Made by a program: the position numbers and the translations under genes. Positions 9,814 through 20,590 of a stretch of DNA of 64,000 nt are shown piece after piece. The DNA lies in the NCBI GenBank assembly GCA_038061225.1, contig JBBTZT010000002.1:12655-76654 (forward strand), given 5' to 3'. The DNA is from Patescibacteria group bacterium (lineage in GTDB: Bacteria > Patescibacteriota > Microgenomatia > UBA8517). How positions within the stretch are numbered: position 1 is the stretch's first letter; each line of letters opens with the position of its first letter. Below the pieces are notes generated by a model that was not told the origin of the DNA, made no database searches, and saw only the letters and a list, made by a program, of their open reading frames with translations.

Positions 9814-10551
9814 TTGATACTTTTATATGATAGAATCAACCATCTCGCAAGTAATTGCGGGATTTTTGTTATCGCGGAGCGTCAAGCTTTGCTTATGAAA
9901 CATCTAACTATACATCTGCCAAAGTATCGCCTTGTTATGCAATTCAAACTTGCAAAAAGGCGAAAATCACTTTTGGACGAACCTATTATCCCTACCAAAA
10001 AGAGATTGAATCTCAAGTATCGCGTAGGGGGTTTAACTCGTAAATTTTTTAGATATGTTTTTGAACACAAAGCTGCAAAAAAACTATTAGGTACAAACAT
10101 TGCATTAATGTTAATTGCTTCATCCTTTGTTCCCAATAACACACTTGGTAGTACTGGTGTTGCTGAAATAATTAGTGTTGATGGTGCAGAAACTCCAATT
10201 CATACCAACATAGTTATTCAAAATCCAGTAGATAAGATGATAATTACCCAAGGGTATAAACTTTTCCATCCTGGATTAGACATAGATGGTATAACTGGAG
10301 ATACTATTAAATCTATTAAAAAGGGTAGAGTTGAAACAGTTGAATTTTCAAATATTGGCTATGGAAAAAGCATAATCATTAACCATGGTAATAACTTAAA
10401 ATCTCTCTATGCCCATTTATCAAAAATATATGTAAAAGAGGGCGATGAGATTGATACAAATATAGTTTTAGGTGAAATGGGTTCTACAGGTCGTTCTTTT
10501 GGAGATCATTTGCATTTAGAGATTAGGGATCATGGAATTCCTATAAATCCT

Positions 10552-10569
<18 letters not shown>
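9814..10569 (+). CDS. M23-family (LytM-type) metallopeptidase with N-terminal basic region and a TM anchor. The true start is probably the internal Met near 9898 or 9940.
   Basis: C-terminal GYGKSIIINHGNNLKSLYAHL...GSTGRSFGDHLHLEI (HxxxD...HxH M23 signature). TM segment LLGTNIALMLIASSF. Confidence 0.75.
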
Positions 10570-12752
<2,183 letters not shown>

Positions 12753-13040
12753 TTATTCTTGCACCGCCAAAACATCTTCAAATTTTACAATGATATATTC
12801 TTTATTTTCAATTTTAATTTCATTTCCACCCCATTTTTTATAAAGAACGGTTTCACCTTTTTTTGCGGGGGACTCCACTTCATGACAGTCAACATATGTT
12901 TTTGATCCAACTGCAATTACTTTTCCTTTTTGTGGTTTTTCTCCTGCGTTATCTGGAAGATAAATACCTGAAGCAGTCTTAACCTCTTTTTCTAGGGGCT
13001 CAATAAGTAAATATCCAGCTGTTGGTTTTAAATTTGGCAT
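12753..13040 (-). CDS. groES: Co-chaperonin GroES (Cpn10)
   Basis: A 95-aa protein with the mobile loop IYLPDNAGEKPQKGKVIAVG. Located immediately upstream of groEL. Confidence 0.9.
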   Translation of the reverse strand: MPNLKPTAGYLLIEPLEKEVKTASGIYLPDNAGEKPQKGKVIAVGSKTYVDCHEVESPAKKGETVLYKKWGGNEIKIENKEYIIVKFEDVLAVQE

Positions 13041-13083
13041 TGTTAGTTGATGAGTGCTATTTTACGCATGAGATAATCACCTG

Positions 13084-13872
13084 TCAAGAGGAAAGTTTTT
13101 TAATTATAACCTTTCCCCAGTCGTTGGGGTGGAAGATAGCGCGAGTGGGCGTGACTATTTCACGAGAAATCTTTGACTTCATGTAAAGATATTGTAATCT
13201 GTAGGTTACATTTTCTAACAGTCTGGATGTAAGATGTAGGATATAGGATATAGGATTTTTTTTAGCTTCATACATCTTAGATCCTAAATCCTTGATCTTT
13301 ACCGAGTTAGGCCAATATAACAATATCCATTTGTTTAAATACAAAAACTTCTCATAAACATTGTCTTTATTTATAAGTGGTACAATTTGTGCAATTTCAT
13401 GAGCTGTATAAATATTTCTGTCTTTTTTGTCCCAAACTAAATCGTTTTCATCAAACCACATATTAAGGCATAAGGAATCCCTCTCGTCTATGACTCGAGG
13501 TCTTCGTAGGATGTAGGATGTAGGATGTAGGATGCAATAAACACACAGACGCGTCAGCCAAAGAGTATTATTTTTTGTAATTATCATTAAATCAATATCA
13601 CCATCTTTGTTTGCATTATTCATAGCAAGTGCACCAGTAATTCCAATAAATTTCACCATAGCAATTTTACTAATTAACTTGGAGGCATTTTTTGCAATTA
13701 CAACTTTTGCTTGTGAATATTTTTCTCTTTGGAGTCTATTTTTGTTTTTTGTACCACTTACTTTTTCTTCTACGTTTTTGTACTGCCACTTGAGAAGTTC
13801 TTCTTTAGTTAATTTAAAATCAAAGATATTATGGTATCTGACTGAGGTAAATTTATTGGATTTTAATTCCAT
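13084..13872 (-). CDS. Hypothetical protein with Pol-beta-type nucleotidyltransferase motif
   Basis: GITGALAMNNANKDGDIDLMII resembles the GSxAxG...DxD NTase motif. Two GGATGTA-type heptamer repeat clusters lie inside the ORF. Confidence 0.4.
   Translation of the reverse strand: MELKSNKFTSVRYHNIFDFKLTKEELLKWQYKNVEEKVSGTKNKNRLQREKYSQAKVVIAKNASKLISKIAMVKFIGITGALAMNNANKDGDIDLMIITKNNTLWLTRLCVYCILHPTSYILRRPRVIDERDSLCLNMWFDENDLVWDKKDRNIYTAHEIAQIVPLINKDNVYEKFLYLNKWILLYWPNSVKIKDLGSKMYEAKKNPISYILHLTSRLLENVTYRLQYLYMKSKISREIVTPTRAIFHPNDWGKVIIKKLSS
13225..13291. repeat. GGAT(G/A)TA heptamer repeats that form an imperfect inverted repeat around a T8 run
   Basis: GGATGTAAGATGTAGGATATAGGATATAGGAT, then TTTTTTTT, then CATACATCTTAGATCCTAAATCC, the last being a partial reverse complement. 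Confidence 0.6.
13506..13533. repeat. Perfect (GTAGGAT)x4 tandem heptamer repeat inside a CDS
   Basis: GTAGGATGTAGGATGTAGGATGTAGGAT read directly. The flanks are GC-richer than the surroundings. Confidence 0.8.
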
Positions 13873-15238
13873 ACTGAGATAATACTTGAATTACTCCCGC
13901 CGCAACAGGTTCTAATGCAACTTTAGCCTCTTTTCCAGTATTAACCAAATTAATTGCATCTTCAAAATATTTGTTTATTTGGGAATTAATTCCTGTTGGT
14001 CCATCCCAAGTTCTACTTTGCAAAAACCAAGTTTGTGCAGTTTTTGCACCATAGATAGTTGTACCTATAATTGGATGGTCTTTTAATAAAATTTCCATTT
14101 CTTGCCTTGGATATGGCTCACCAAACATTCTGGTCTTTGATGCTTGATTATATAGTTTTTCTAAAACCTCTTTGTTTGATAAATACTTCAAAAAATTCCA
14201 AGCCTCTTCTTTATTTTTAGATCTTGCCCAAACACCCTCAGCCCAGTACATTGCGTACGTTACATCTCTCTCGTTAGCTTCGGTTTTAGGTAGTTGTGGT
14301 ACTGGAATGGTTCTAAACCTTAGGTTTGGATTTTGCAATCTTACCTCAAAAGCACGCCAGCTGGGTCCAAAATACATTGCCAATTTTCCTCCAGCAAAGG
14401 CAACTGTTGAAGAAGGAAGAGTTGCATCCCAAACTCCATCATTAATTGAAAATATTGTATAAAAATCTAAGGCGTCCTCTGCTAATTTTCCAGTTGGATG
14501 AGTTAAATCAACTCCGTTTTGAAGCATCATGAGAGCTAAAATTTCTGGCCAATGATCAACATTGGAAGTAACGCCAAGGGCTACACCAGCTTGTGTAATT
14601 GCCCCTGTTTCATCAGTAATTGTTAATTCTCTGGCAATTTGTCTTAATTCGTTCCAAGTTGTTGGCATCTCTTTCCCAGTTTTTTCAAAAATTTCCTCAT
14701 TTATATATAAGGATAAACCATCATATTCAAGAGGTACTCCAACCAAATTTGCACCCACTGTTAAATCAGATACTGCTACAGGATAAAATGCAATTGAAAA
14801 ATCTGAAACTGTAAATATATTTGCAGGAACTTTATCAAGTTCAGATTTAAACATTGGAACCCATGTATTATGAAATCTAAAAATATCAGGTCCTGTTCCT
14901 TTGGCTAGAGCGCTCGTTAATCTTTCTCTATAATCCTCTTTTGACTGTCTAACATATTTTATTTTTACTTTAGGATTATTTGCTTCATATTCTGAAATCG
15001 CAGATGAAACAATATTTTCATCTTCCCACAAACCCCACCAAACAATTTCAGATGTAGTGCTTGGTTTTGATCCATTTGAAAAAAATCTAAAAGCAAAAAA
15101 GACTATTAATAATAAAACTACTATACCCACCACAATTCCTATTATTTTAAATGGAATCTGTTTTTTTGTTATTGCTGCTGTTGCTGTTGATGTTTGCGAT
15201 TGGATTGGATTTTGAATCACTGTCTGGTTTGTTTCCAT
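13853..15238 (-). CDS. ABC transporter extracellular solute-binding protein (family 1, sugar/maltodextrin-type) with N-terminal TM anchor
   Basis: TM anchor followed by a family-1 SBP pattern (WWGLWEDEN...; LAMYFGPSWRA; WNFLKYLS). Confidence 0.6.
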   Translation of the reverse strand: METNQTVIQNPIQSQTSTATAAITKKQIPFKIIGIVVGIVVLLLIVFFAFRFFSNGSKPSTTSEIVWWGLWEDENIVSSAISEYEANNPKVKIKYVRQSKEDYRERLTSALAKGTGPDIFRFHNTWVPMFKSELDKVPANIFTVSDFSIAFYPVAVSDLTVGANLVGVPLEYDGLSLYINEEIFEKTGKEMPTTWNELRQIARELTITDETGAITQAGVALGVTSNVDHWPEILALMMLQNGVDLTHPTGKLAEDALDFYTIFSINDGVWDATLPSSTVAFAGGKLAMYFGPSWRAFEVRLQNPNLRFRTIPVPQLPKTEANERDVTYAMYWAEGVWARSKNKEEAWNFLKYLSNKEVLEKLYNQASKTRMFGEPYPRQEMEILLKDHPIIGTTIYGAKTAQTWFLQSRTWDGPTGINSQINKYFEDAINLVNTGKEAKVALEPVAAGVIQVLSQYGIKIQ

Positions 15239-15264
15239 ACATAAATGATATCATATAATAAATA

Positions 15265-16971
15265 ATGGTGAAACAAGTTTTAATAGCAGTTATAGTGATA
15301 TTATTTTTTATAATAATAATCAATCTTCCATTCTTGGGTAAAATCTACCCAAATATTTACATTGCCAATCTTTACGTCGGAGATAAAGATAAAACTTCTG
15401 CCATTAATTTAATTTCCAATACCTCAATCCCCTCAAAAATAACTTTAAATATAAAGGGTGTTGAAAAAGAGATATTATCATCAGAAATAGTCAAAAAAAT
15501 TGATTATGAAAAAAGCGTAAACAGGGCATATACATACACCCATACAGGAAATTTTGTTCTAGATTTCTATACAAAGATAAAACTTATCTTTAAACCCTTA
15601 AAAGCTGGTCTAGAGATAGAATTTGATCAAGTAAAACTTGAAGAATTATTGCTTATTCTGTCTTCAAAGGAGGGGTCAGTCCCCATAAGTCCCTCTGTAA
15701 AAATTATAAATAGTGAAGCGATAGTTGATTCAGGAAAAAACGGAGTTCAAATAGATATTGATGATATTTCCACTAAAATTAAATCTTCTATTATCTTTCT
15801 TGATAATAATAAAATTGATATTAATTTAATTGAAACAAAAGATGAATTGAGTAAAGACCAAGTAATAGTTTACAAATCTAAGGTTGAAAAAATTATTAAT
15901 AAAAAATTAGAACTTAAATTAGATTTTGACACAATAGAGATAAATGACAAACAATTAGCACTTTTTTTTGATTCAAGAAATGATTTTAATGAAACTCAAA
16001 TAAAACTAAAGATCGCAGATGTTTCAAGAAAAATTAATAGAAATCCCCAAAATTCAGTTTTTATCATAGAAAATGGTAATGTTACTGAATTTACTCCATC
16101 TCAAGATGGTATAACTGTTGATGAAGATAAATTAGTAGAAGAAATAAAAAATTATGTTATTAAACTTTCAAATGAAGATCAAAAAACATTTACTTTTAAC
16201 ATCCCCGTTATTAAATCGGCTGCCAAAATCAAGAATGAGGATGTAAATGATTTAGGTATTAACACTCTTCTTGGAAAAGGAGTCTCATATTTCAAAGGAT
16301 CAATACAAAACAGAATCTACAATATTAATTTAGCTCAATCAAAATTTAAGGGTGTTTTGGTTCCACCAAATGAAATCTTTTCTTTCAATGAAGTTTTGGG
16401 TGATGTTTCTTCTTATACTGGTTATAAAGCAGCTTATGTCATTATGGAGGGTAAAACAGTTCTTGGAGATGGTGGAGGAGTTTGCCAGGTATCAACAACT
16501 CTTTTTAGAGCAGTTCTTTCTGCTGGCTTGCCAATTATGGAAAGAAGGGCCCATGCCTATAGGGTTGGTTATTATGAACAAGGTTCATCTGTGGGTTTAG
16601 ATGCAACAGTCTATTCCCCAACTACTGATTTTAAATTCAAAAACGACACAGCAAACTATTTACTCATCCAGCCTACAATCGATAATAATAATTATTCACT
16701 TATCTTTGAAATTTATGGAACAAGTGATGGACGTGTTGCAACCACAACAAAACCCATTATTAGTTCCCAAATTGCACCAGCTGACGATTTATATATAGAT
16801 GATCCAACATTGCCCCTGGGCAATGTAAAACAAACTGAACATAAAGCTTGGGGTGCAAAAGTATCATTTAACTATCATGTCGAGCGCGATGGACAAGTTT
16901 TAATTGATCAAAAATTTTCATCTAACTATCGTCCTTGGCAAGCAGTTTATCTTCGTGGATCAGGTCAATAA
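15265..16971 (+). CDS. VanW-family protein with N-terminal TM
   Basis: VanW core GKTVLGDGGGVCQVSTTLFRAVLSAGLPIMERRAHAYRVGYY. Confidence 0.7.
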   Translation: MVKQVLIAVIVILFFIIIINLPFLGKIYPNIYIANLYVGDKDKTSAINLISNTSIPSKITLNIKGVEKEILSSEIVKKIDYEKSVNRAYTYTHTGNFVLDFYTKIKLIFKPLKAGLEIEFDQVKLEELLLILSSKEGSVPISPSVKIINSEAIVDSGKNGVQIDIDDISTKIKSSIIFLDNNKIDINLIETKDELSKDQVIVYKSKVEKIINKKLELKLDFDTIEINDKQLALFFDSRNDFNETQIKLKIADVSRKINRNPQNSVFIIENGNVTEFTPSQDGITVDEDKLVEEIKNYVIKLSNEDQKTFTFNIPVIKSAAKIKNEDVNDLGINTLLGKGVSYFKGSIQNRIYNINLAQSKFKGVLVPPNEIFSFNEVLGDVSSYTGYKAAYVIMEGKTVLGDGGGVCQVSTTLFRAVLSAGLPIMERRAHAYRVGYYEQGSSVGLDATVYSPTTDFKFKNDTANYLLIQPTIDNNNYSLIFEIYGTSDGRVATTTKPIISSQIAPADDLYIDDPTLPLGNVKQTEHKAWGAKVSFNYHVERDGQVLIDQKFSSNYRPWQAVYLRGSGQ

Positions 16972-17143
16972 TTTCAATGTCACCTTTCAAAAAGGCTATC
17001 AGTTCACTGTCAGTAAAATCATCTGAGCAACTTATTCTAATTTTATTTATGTCTAATTCTTTTGGTAATTGAATATTAAAAAATTTATATAATTCATGTG
17101 TACCTTGGGACAAAATCTCTACCATAATATATAATACTAATAA

Positions 17144-17767
17144 ATGGACATAATAAAAACACTTGATTTGATTAGAATATTGTTTGAAGAGTGGGGTTAC
17201 CCAATTATTTTTTTTACAAGTTTAGTTGAAATAACTCCACTGGGTTGGGCTGTTCCTGGTGGGGCAATTTTAGTTATAGCTGGATATCTTTCAAATGGTA
17301 ATCTAAACCTACCCCTTATCTCAGTAATTATTTGGGGTACACTTGGAACTTGGGTTGCGTTTTTACTTGCCTATCTTTTAGGAAGCAAAACTGGTATGTG
17401 GCTAGTTGAAAAACTAAAACAACAAAAAAATGCTAGATTTGCAAAATCGTTGCTTCAAAAAAATGGTGGAGCAATTTTAACAACTTCCATGCTTGCCAAT
17501 TTGACGCGGTTCTGGATAAGTTATATTGCTGGTGTAGACAAATACAGTTTTTTTAAATTTAACCTATACGCATTTGTTGCATCATTAAGTTGGGTATCAC
17601 TAATGACATTAATTGGTTTTTTTGCAGGTTTTGAAAAAGAAAATTTTAAAACAATAGTAAATGGTGTTGGTGTACTGGCTTGGATATTTTTAATTATAGC
17701 TATTTTTATAATTTATAAATCTATTAGAAAAGAATATAAACATTTTGTAGAAGATGAAATCCACTAA
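17144..17767 (+). CDS. DedA/VTT-domain membrane protein
   Basis: GYPIIFFTSLVEITPLGWAVPGGAILVIAGYL matches the DedA signature. Confidence 0.6.
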   Translation: MDIIKTLDLIRILFEEWGYPIIFFTSLVEITPLGWAVPGGAILVIAGYLSNGNLNLPLISVIIWGTLGTWVAFLLAYLLGSKTGMWLVEKLKQQKNARFAKSLLQKNGGAILTTSMLANLTRFWISYIAGVDKYSFFKFNLYAFVASLSWVSLMTLIGFFAGFEKENFKTIVNGVGVLAWIFLIIAIFIIYKSIRKEYKHFVEDEIH

Positions 17768-18821
17768 AGAATCCAGTAAAGTAATTGATGTTGCAATTAA
17801 AGCTTTAGAAAGAGGCCAACTTGTTTTTATGGCAACTGAAACTGTTTACATTGCGGCTGTTGATGCAACAAACGAAAACGCAGTTAAAAAACTTATAGCA
17901 TTTAAAAATCGCCCCTTTGGGAAACCTTTTTCTGTTGGAGTAACTGATATTAAAATGGCAGAGAAATATGTAATATTAAATGAAACTGCAAGAAATTTGT
18001 ATAAAAGATTTCTCCCTGGTCCAGTAACTATTATTTCAACAGGAAAACATAATTTAGCAAAAGGAGTTGAAGCAGAAAATGGAACTTTAGGTATTAGAAT
18101 TCCTGATTATCATTTTTTTCAAGAAGTATGCAAAAAATTAGATAAACCTATAACGGCCACTTCTGCAAATGCTAGTTATCAAAAAAGGCCATATAAACTT
18201 GCTGATATTTTAGACAATATTTCAGAAAAACAAAAAAAATTAGTTGATTTAATGATTGATGCAGGAGAGCTCCCGCACAATGAACCATCAACAGTAATCG
18301 ATACTACTCTTGACGATCAACCTGTAATTTTAAGGCAGGGAGAAATAAAATTAAAAAAGAAAAATGAAGTACTTTCAAGAAGTGAAGAAAATACACAAAA
18401 TATAGCTAAAGAACTCTGGCAAAAATATGATAGTTTTGTGGGTAAACGCGCAATAATCTTTGCCCTAGAGGGTAAAATGGGCGTGGGCAAAACTCAATTT
18501 GTAAAAGGGTTAGCTAAAGCAATGGGAATTAAAGAAGAAGTTACTTCACCATCATATGATTTATTAAATTCATATGATTTATTAACACACATTGACACAT
18601 GGAGGATGTTAAACCCAAATAAAGAATTAGAGGATATAGGTATGAAAGATCTAATTCATGACAAATCTGTTCTTGCAATTGAATGGGCTGATAGAACAGT
18701 TACTGAAATCAGAAAATATTCTGAGGAAGCAATAATTATTTGGATAAAAATTAAGTATCCTTCGGATAACTCAGCACAAGCAAACGAGAACTATAGGTTA
18801 ATTAGTTGGGGAAATATATAA
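17754..18821 (+). CDS. Fused TsaC(YrdC/Sua5)-TsaE(YjeE), for the threonylcarbamoyl-AMP synthase and t6A ATPase components
   Basis: The N-terminal half carries YrdC motifs (ATETVYIAAVDATNENAVKKLIAFKNRP; PGPVTII; TSANASYQ; STVID). The C-terminal half carries the TsaE P-loop (LEGKMGVGKTQFVKG) and SPSYDLLNSY...HIDTWRM. Confidence 0.7.
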   Translation: MKSTKESSKVIDVAIKALERGQLVFMATETVYIAAVDATNENAVKKLIAFKNRPFGKPFSVGVTDIKMAEKYVILNETARNLYKRFLPGPVTIISTGKHNLAKGVEAENGTLGIRIPDYHFFQEVCKKLDKPITATSANASYQKRPYKLADILDNISEKQKKLVDLMIDAGELPHNEPSTVIDTTLDDQPVILRQGEIKLKKKNEVLSRSEENTQNIAKELWQKYDSFVGKRAIIFALEGKMGVGKTQFVKGLAKAMGIKEEVTSPSYDLLNSYDLLTHIDTWRMLNPNKELEDIGMKDLIHDKSVLAIEWADRTVTEIRKYSEEAIIIWIKIKYPSDNSAQANENYRLISWGNI

Positions 18822-19864
18822 TTATGCTTATTTTAGCCATAGATACGTCATGTGATGAGACTGCTGTGGCTATAAACTCAAATATTCAAATACTTTCGAG
18901 TGCGGTTTGGTCGCAGTCCACGCTCCATGCCAGCTTCGGAGGAGTATTACCCAGCCTCGCTCAAAGACAACATCAAGCTCGAATCGATTGGATTGTAAAC
19001 AAAGCACTTGTAAATTGTAAATTGAAAATTGAAAATTGTGACTGTATCGCAGTTACCATTGGTCCAGGCTTGGCAATTGCTTTAGAAGTAGGCATAAACA
19101 AAGCTAAAGAATTAGCAGTTAAATACAAAAAACCTCTAATTCCTGTTAACCATGTTGAAGCACACTTGCTCAGTCCACTCGCAGTTCCTAGATCTAGGAT
19201 CTTGGATCTTAGATCTATGAAGTTTCCATGCTTTGGGTTAATACTTTCGGGTGGAACAACTGTTTTGTGTTTAGTAAAAGCTATTGGAGATTATGAAATA
19301 CTGGCTGAAACAGCGGATGATGCTTTAGGTGAAGCTCTTGATAAAGCAGCCAGACTCGTAGGCCTAGGTTACCCTGGGGGGGCAATTTTAGAAAAATTTG
19401 CAAAAACTGGTGATCCAAAAAAATATAGGCTTCCCCTACCCTTGCAAAATGATGTAATTAAAAACAGATTTAGTTATTCAGGATTAAAAACTGCTTTTGT
19501 AAGATTGTTTGAGACTATCAAAAAACCAACAAAACAAGATATTGCAGATTTAGCAGCAAGCTTTCAATCAACAGCCTTTGATCATATTCTTAAGGTTTTG
19601 GAATTTCAAATTATTAATTCTTCTTTCTTAACTCATAATTTGCTCTTTGGAGGTGGTGTTGCAAACAATATTGAATTAAAAAAACGCTTAAGAAAACTTT
19701 GTAAAAAATATGGTATTAAACTTCTTGTTCCATACACAAAAAAGCTTAATGGGGATAATGCAGCAATGATTGGAGTTTGTGCATATCTTAAATACAAAAA
19801 CAGTAATTTAAAGGATTTTTTTGACTATAATTCTGTAGATCGAAATCCAAAACTAAAAATTTAA
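18806..19864 (+). CDS. tsaD: tRNA N6-adenosine threonylcarbamoyltransferase TsaD (Kae1/Qri7 family)
   Basis: ILAIDTSCDETAVAI, metal-binding VNHVEAHLLSP and GPGL motifs. The start is probably MLILAIDTS at about 18824. Confidence 0.8.
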   Translation: MGKYIIMLILAIDTSCDETAVAINSNIQILSSAVWSQSTLHASFGGVLPSLAQRQHQARIDWIVNKALVNCKLKIENCDCIAVTIGPGLAIALEVGINKAKELAVKYKKPLIPVNHVEAHLLSPLAVPRSRILDLRSMKFPCFGLILSGGTTVLCLVKAIGDYEILAETADDALGEALDKAARLVGLGYPGGAILEKFAKTGDPKKYRLPLPLQNDVIKNRFSYSGLKTAFVRLFETIKKPTKQDIADLAASFQSTAFDHILKVLEFQIINSSFLTHNLLFGGGVANNIELKKRLRKLCKKYGIKLLVPYTKKLNGDNAAMIGVCAYLKYKNSNLKDFFDYNSVDRNPKLKI

Positions 19865-19960
19865 ATTTCATCTGTTAATTTTTCTTGCTCAAAATTTGTT
19901 TGAGTTGCTCCTGTTGCTATTGACAACAACTGATTTTTGCGATATTTTGTGAATTAATAT

Positions 19961-20206
19961 ATGTCAAATAACGTAGAAAGAGTGTATTCTGGCGGATTAC
20001 AGAAACACCTAGAATCTGAGGTTCGTTTCCTAAGAGAGGTTAAGGAAAGTGGGGGTGTGACGATAATTCAAGCTCTAGAAATGGTTCCAAAAATTGATTT
20101 TGGAACAGGAATTGACGGGATTGATCTTATTACTAAATTTCTGAACTTGGGGTTTATAGAATATCAAAGCAACATAAATAAATTTGTTGCTGTAAAACTG
20201 GAGTAA
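19961..20206 (+). CDS. Hypothetical 81-aa protein
   Basis: An ORF with no recognisable motif. It sits between tsaD and a degenerate duplicate of the tsaD 3' end. Confidence 0.3.
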   Translation: MSNNVERVYSGGLQKHLESEVRFLREVKESGGVTIIQALEMVPKIDFGTGIDGIDLITKFLNLGFIEYQSNINKFVAVKLE

Positions 20207-20590
20207 AGATAAAGTCTTGCGTATTGTTTCGGATAGAATTGCTTTTGTTTATAATAATTTTAGGAAAATATCTAAATTTCAGCAAGCACAACGACTTTAT
20301 ACAAAAAATGTAATTGTATCAATTGACCGAAACCCAAAGTTAAAACTTTAGTTCGGATTTATAAGCGAAGCTTGTGGCGTTTCAGTAGTTTTTTGTTCTA
20401 CAGCTGGTTTTTCAGGAAAATCAACAACCATCTCAGTTTGCTCTACCTTAACCACACGACCATTATTATATTCATCACCAGTTTTATACTGTCCGATTGT
20501 CAATGGCGTCAACACAACAACTTTTTCAGTCATGGTTATAATTTACTCTCTCTCTCTGACAAAAAATCAAATTTGATGTAAAATCATAAC

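Noticed and set aside
9855-10142. ORFs 9855..10043(+) and 9882..10142(-), GC-richer stretch considered as a possible ncRNA
   Set aside because: The region reads coherently as the basic N-terminal region plus TM anchor of the M23 peptidase. No convincing conserved RNA structure was seen.
13225-13535. Heptamer repeats considered as a CRISPR array
   Set aside because: The units are 7 nt with no spacers of 25-40 nt. They are tandem microsatellite-like, not repeat-spacer architecture. No cas genes are in the window.
16922-17125. 67-aa minus-strand ORF overlapping the end of the VanW gene
   Set aside because: It overlaps a well-supported gene convergently and has no features.
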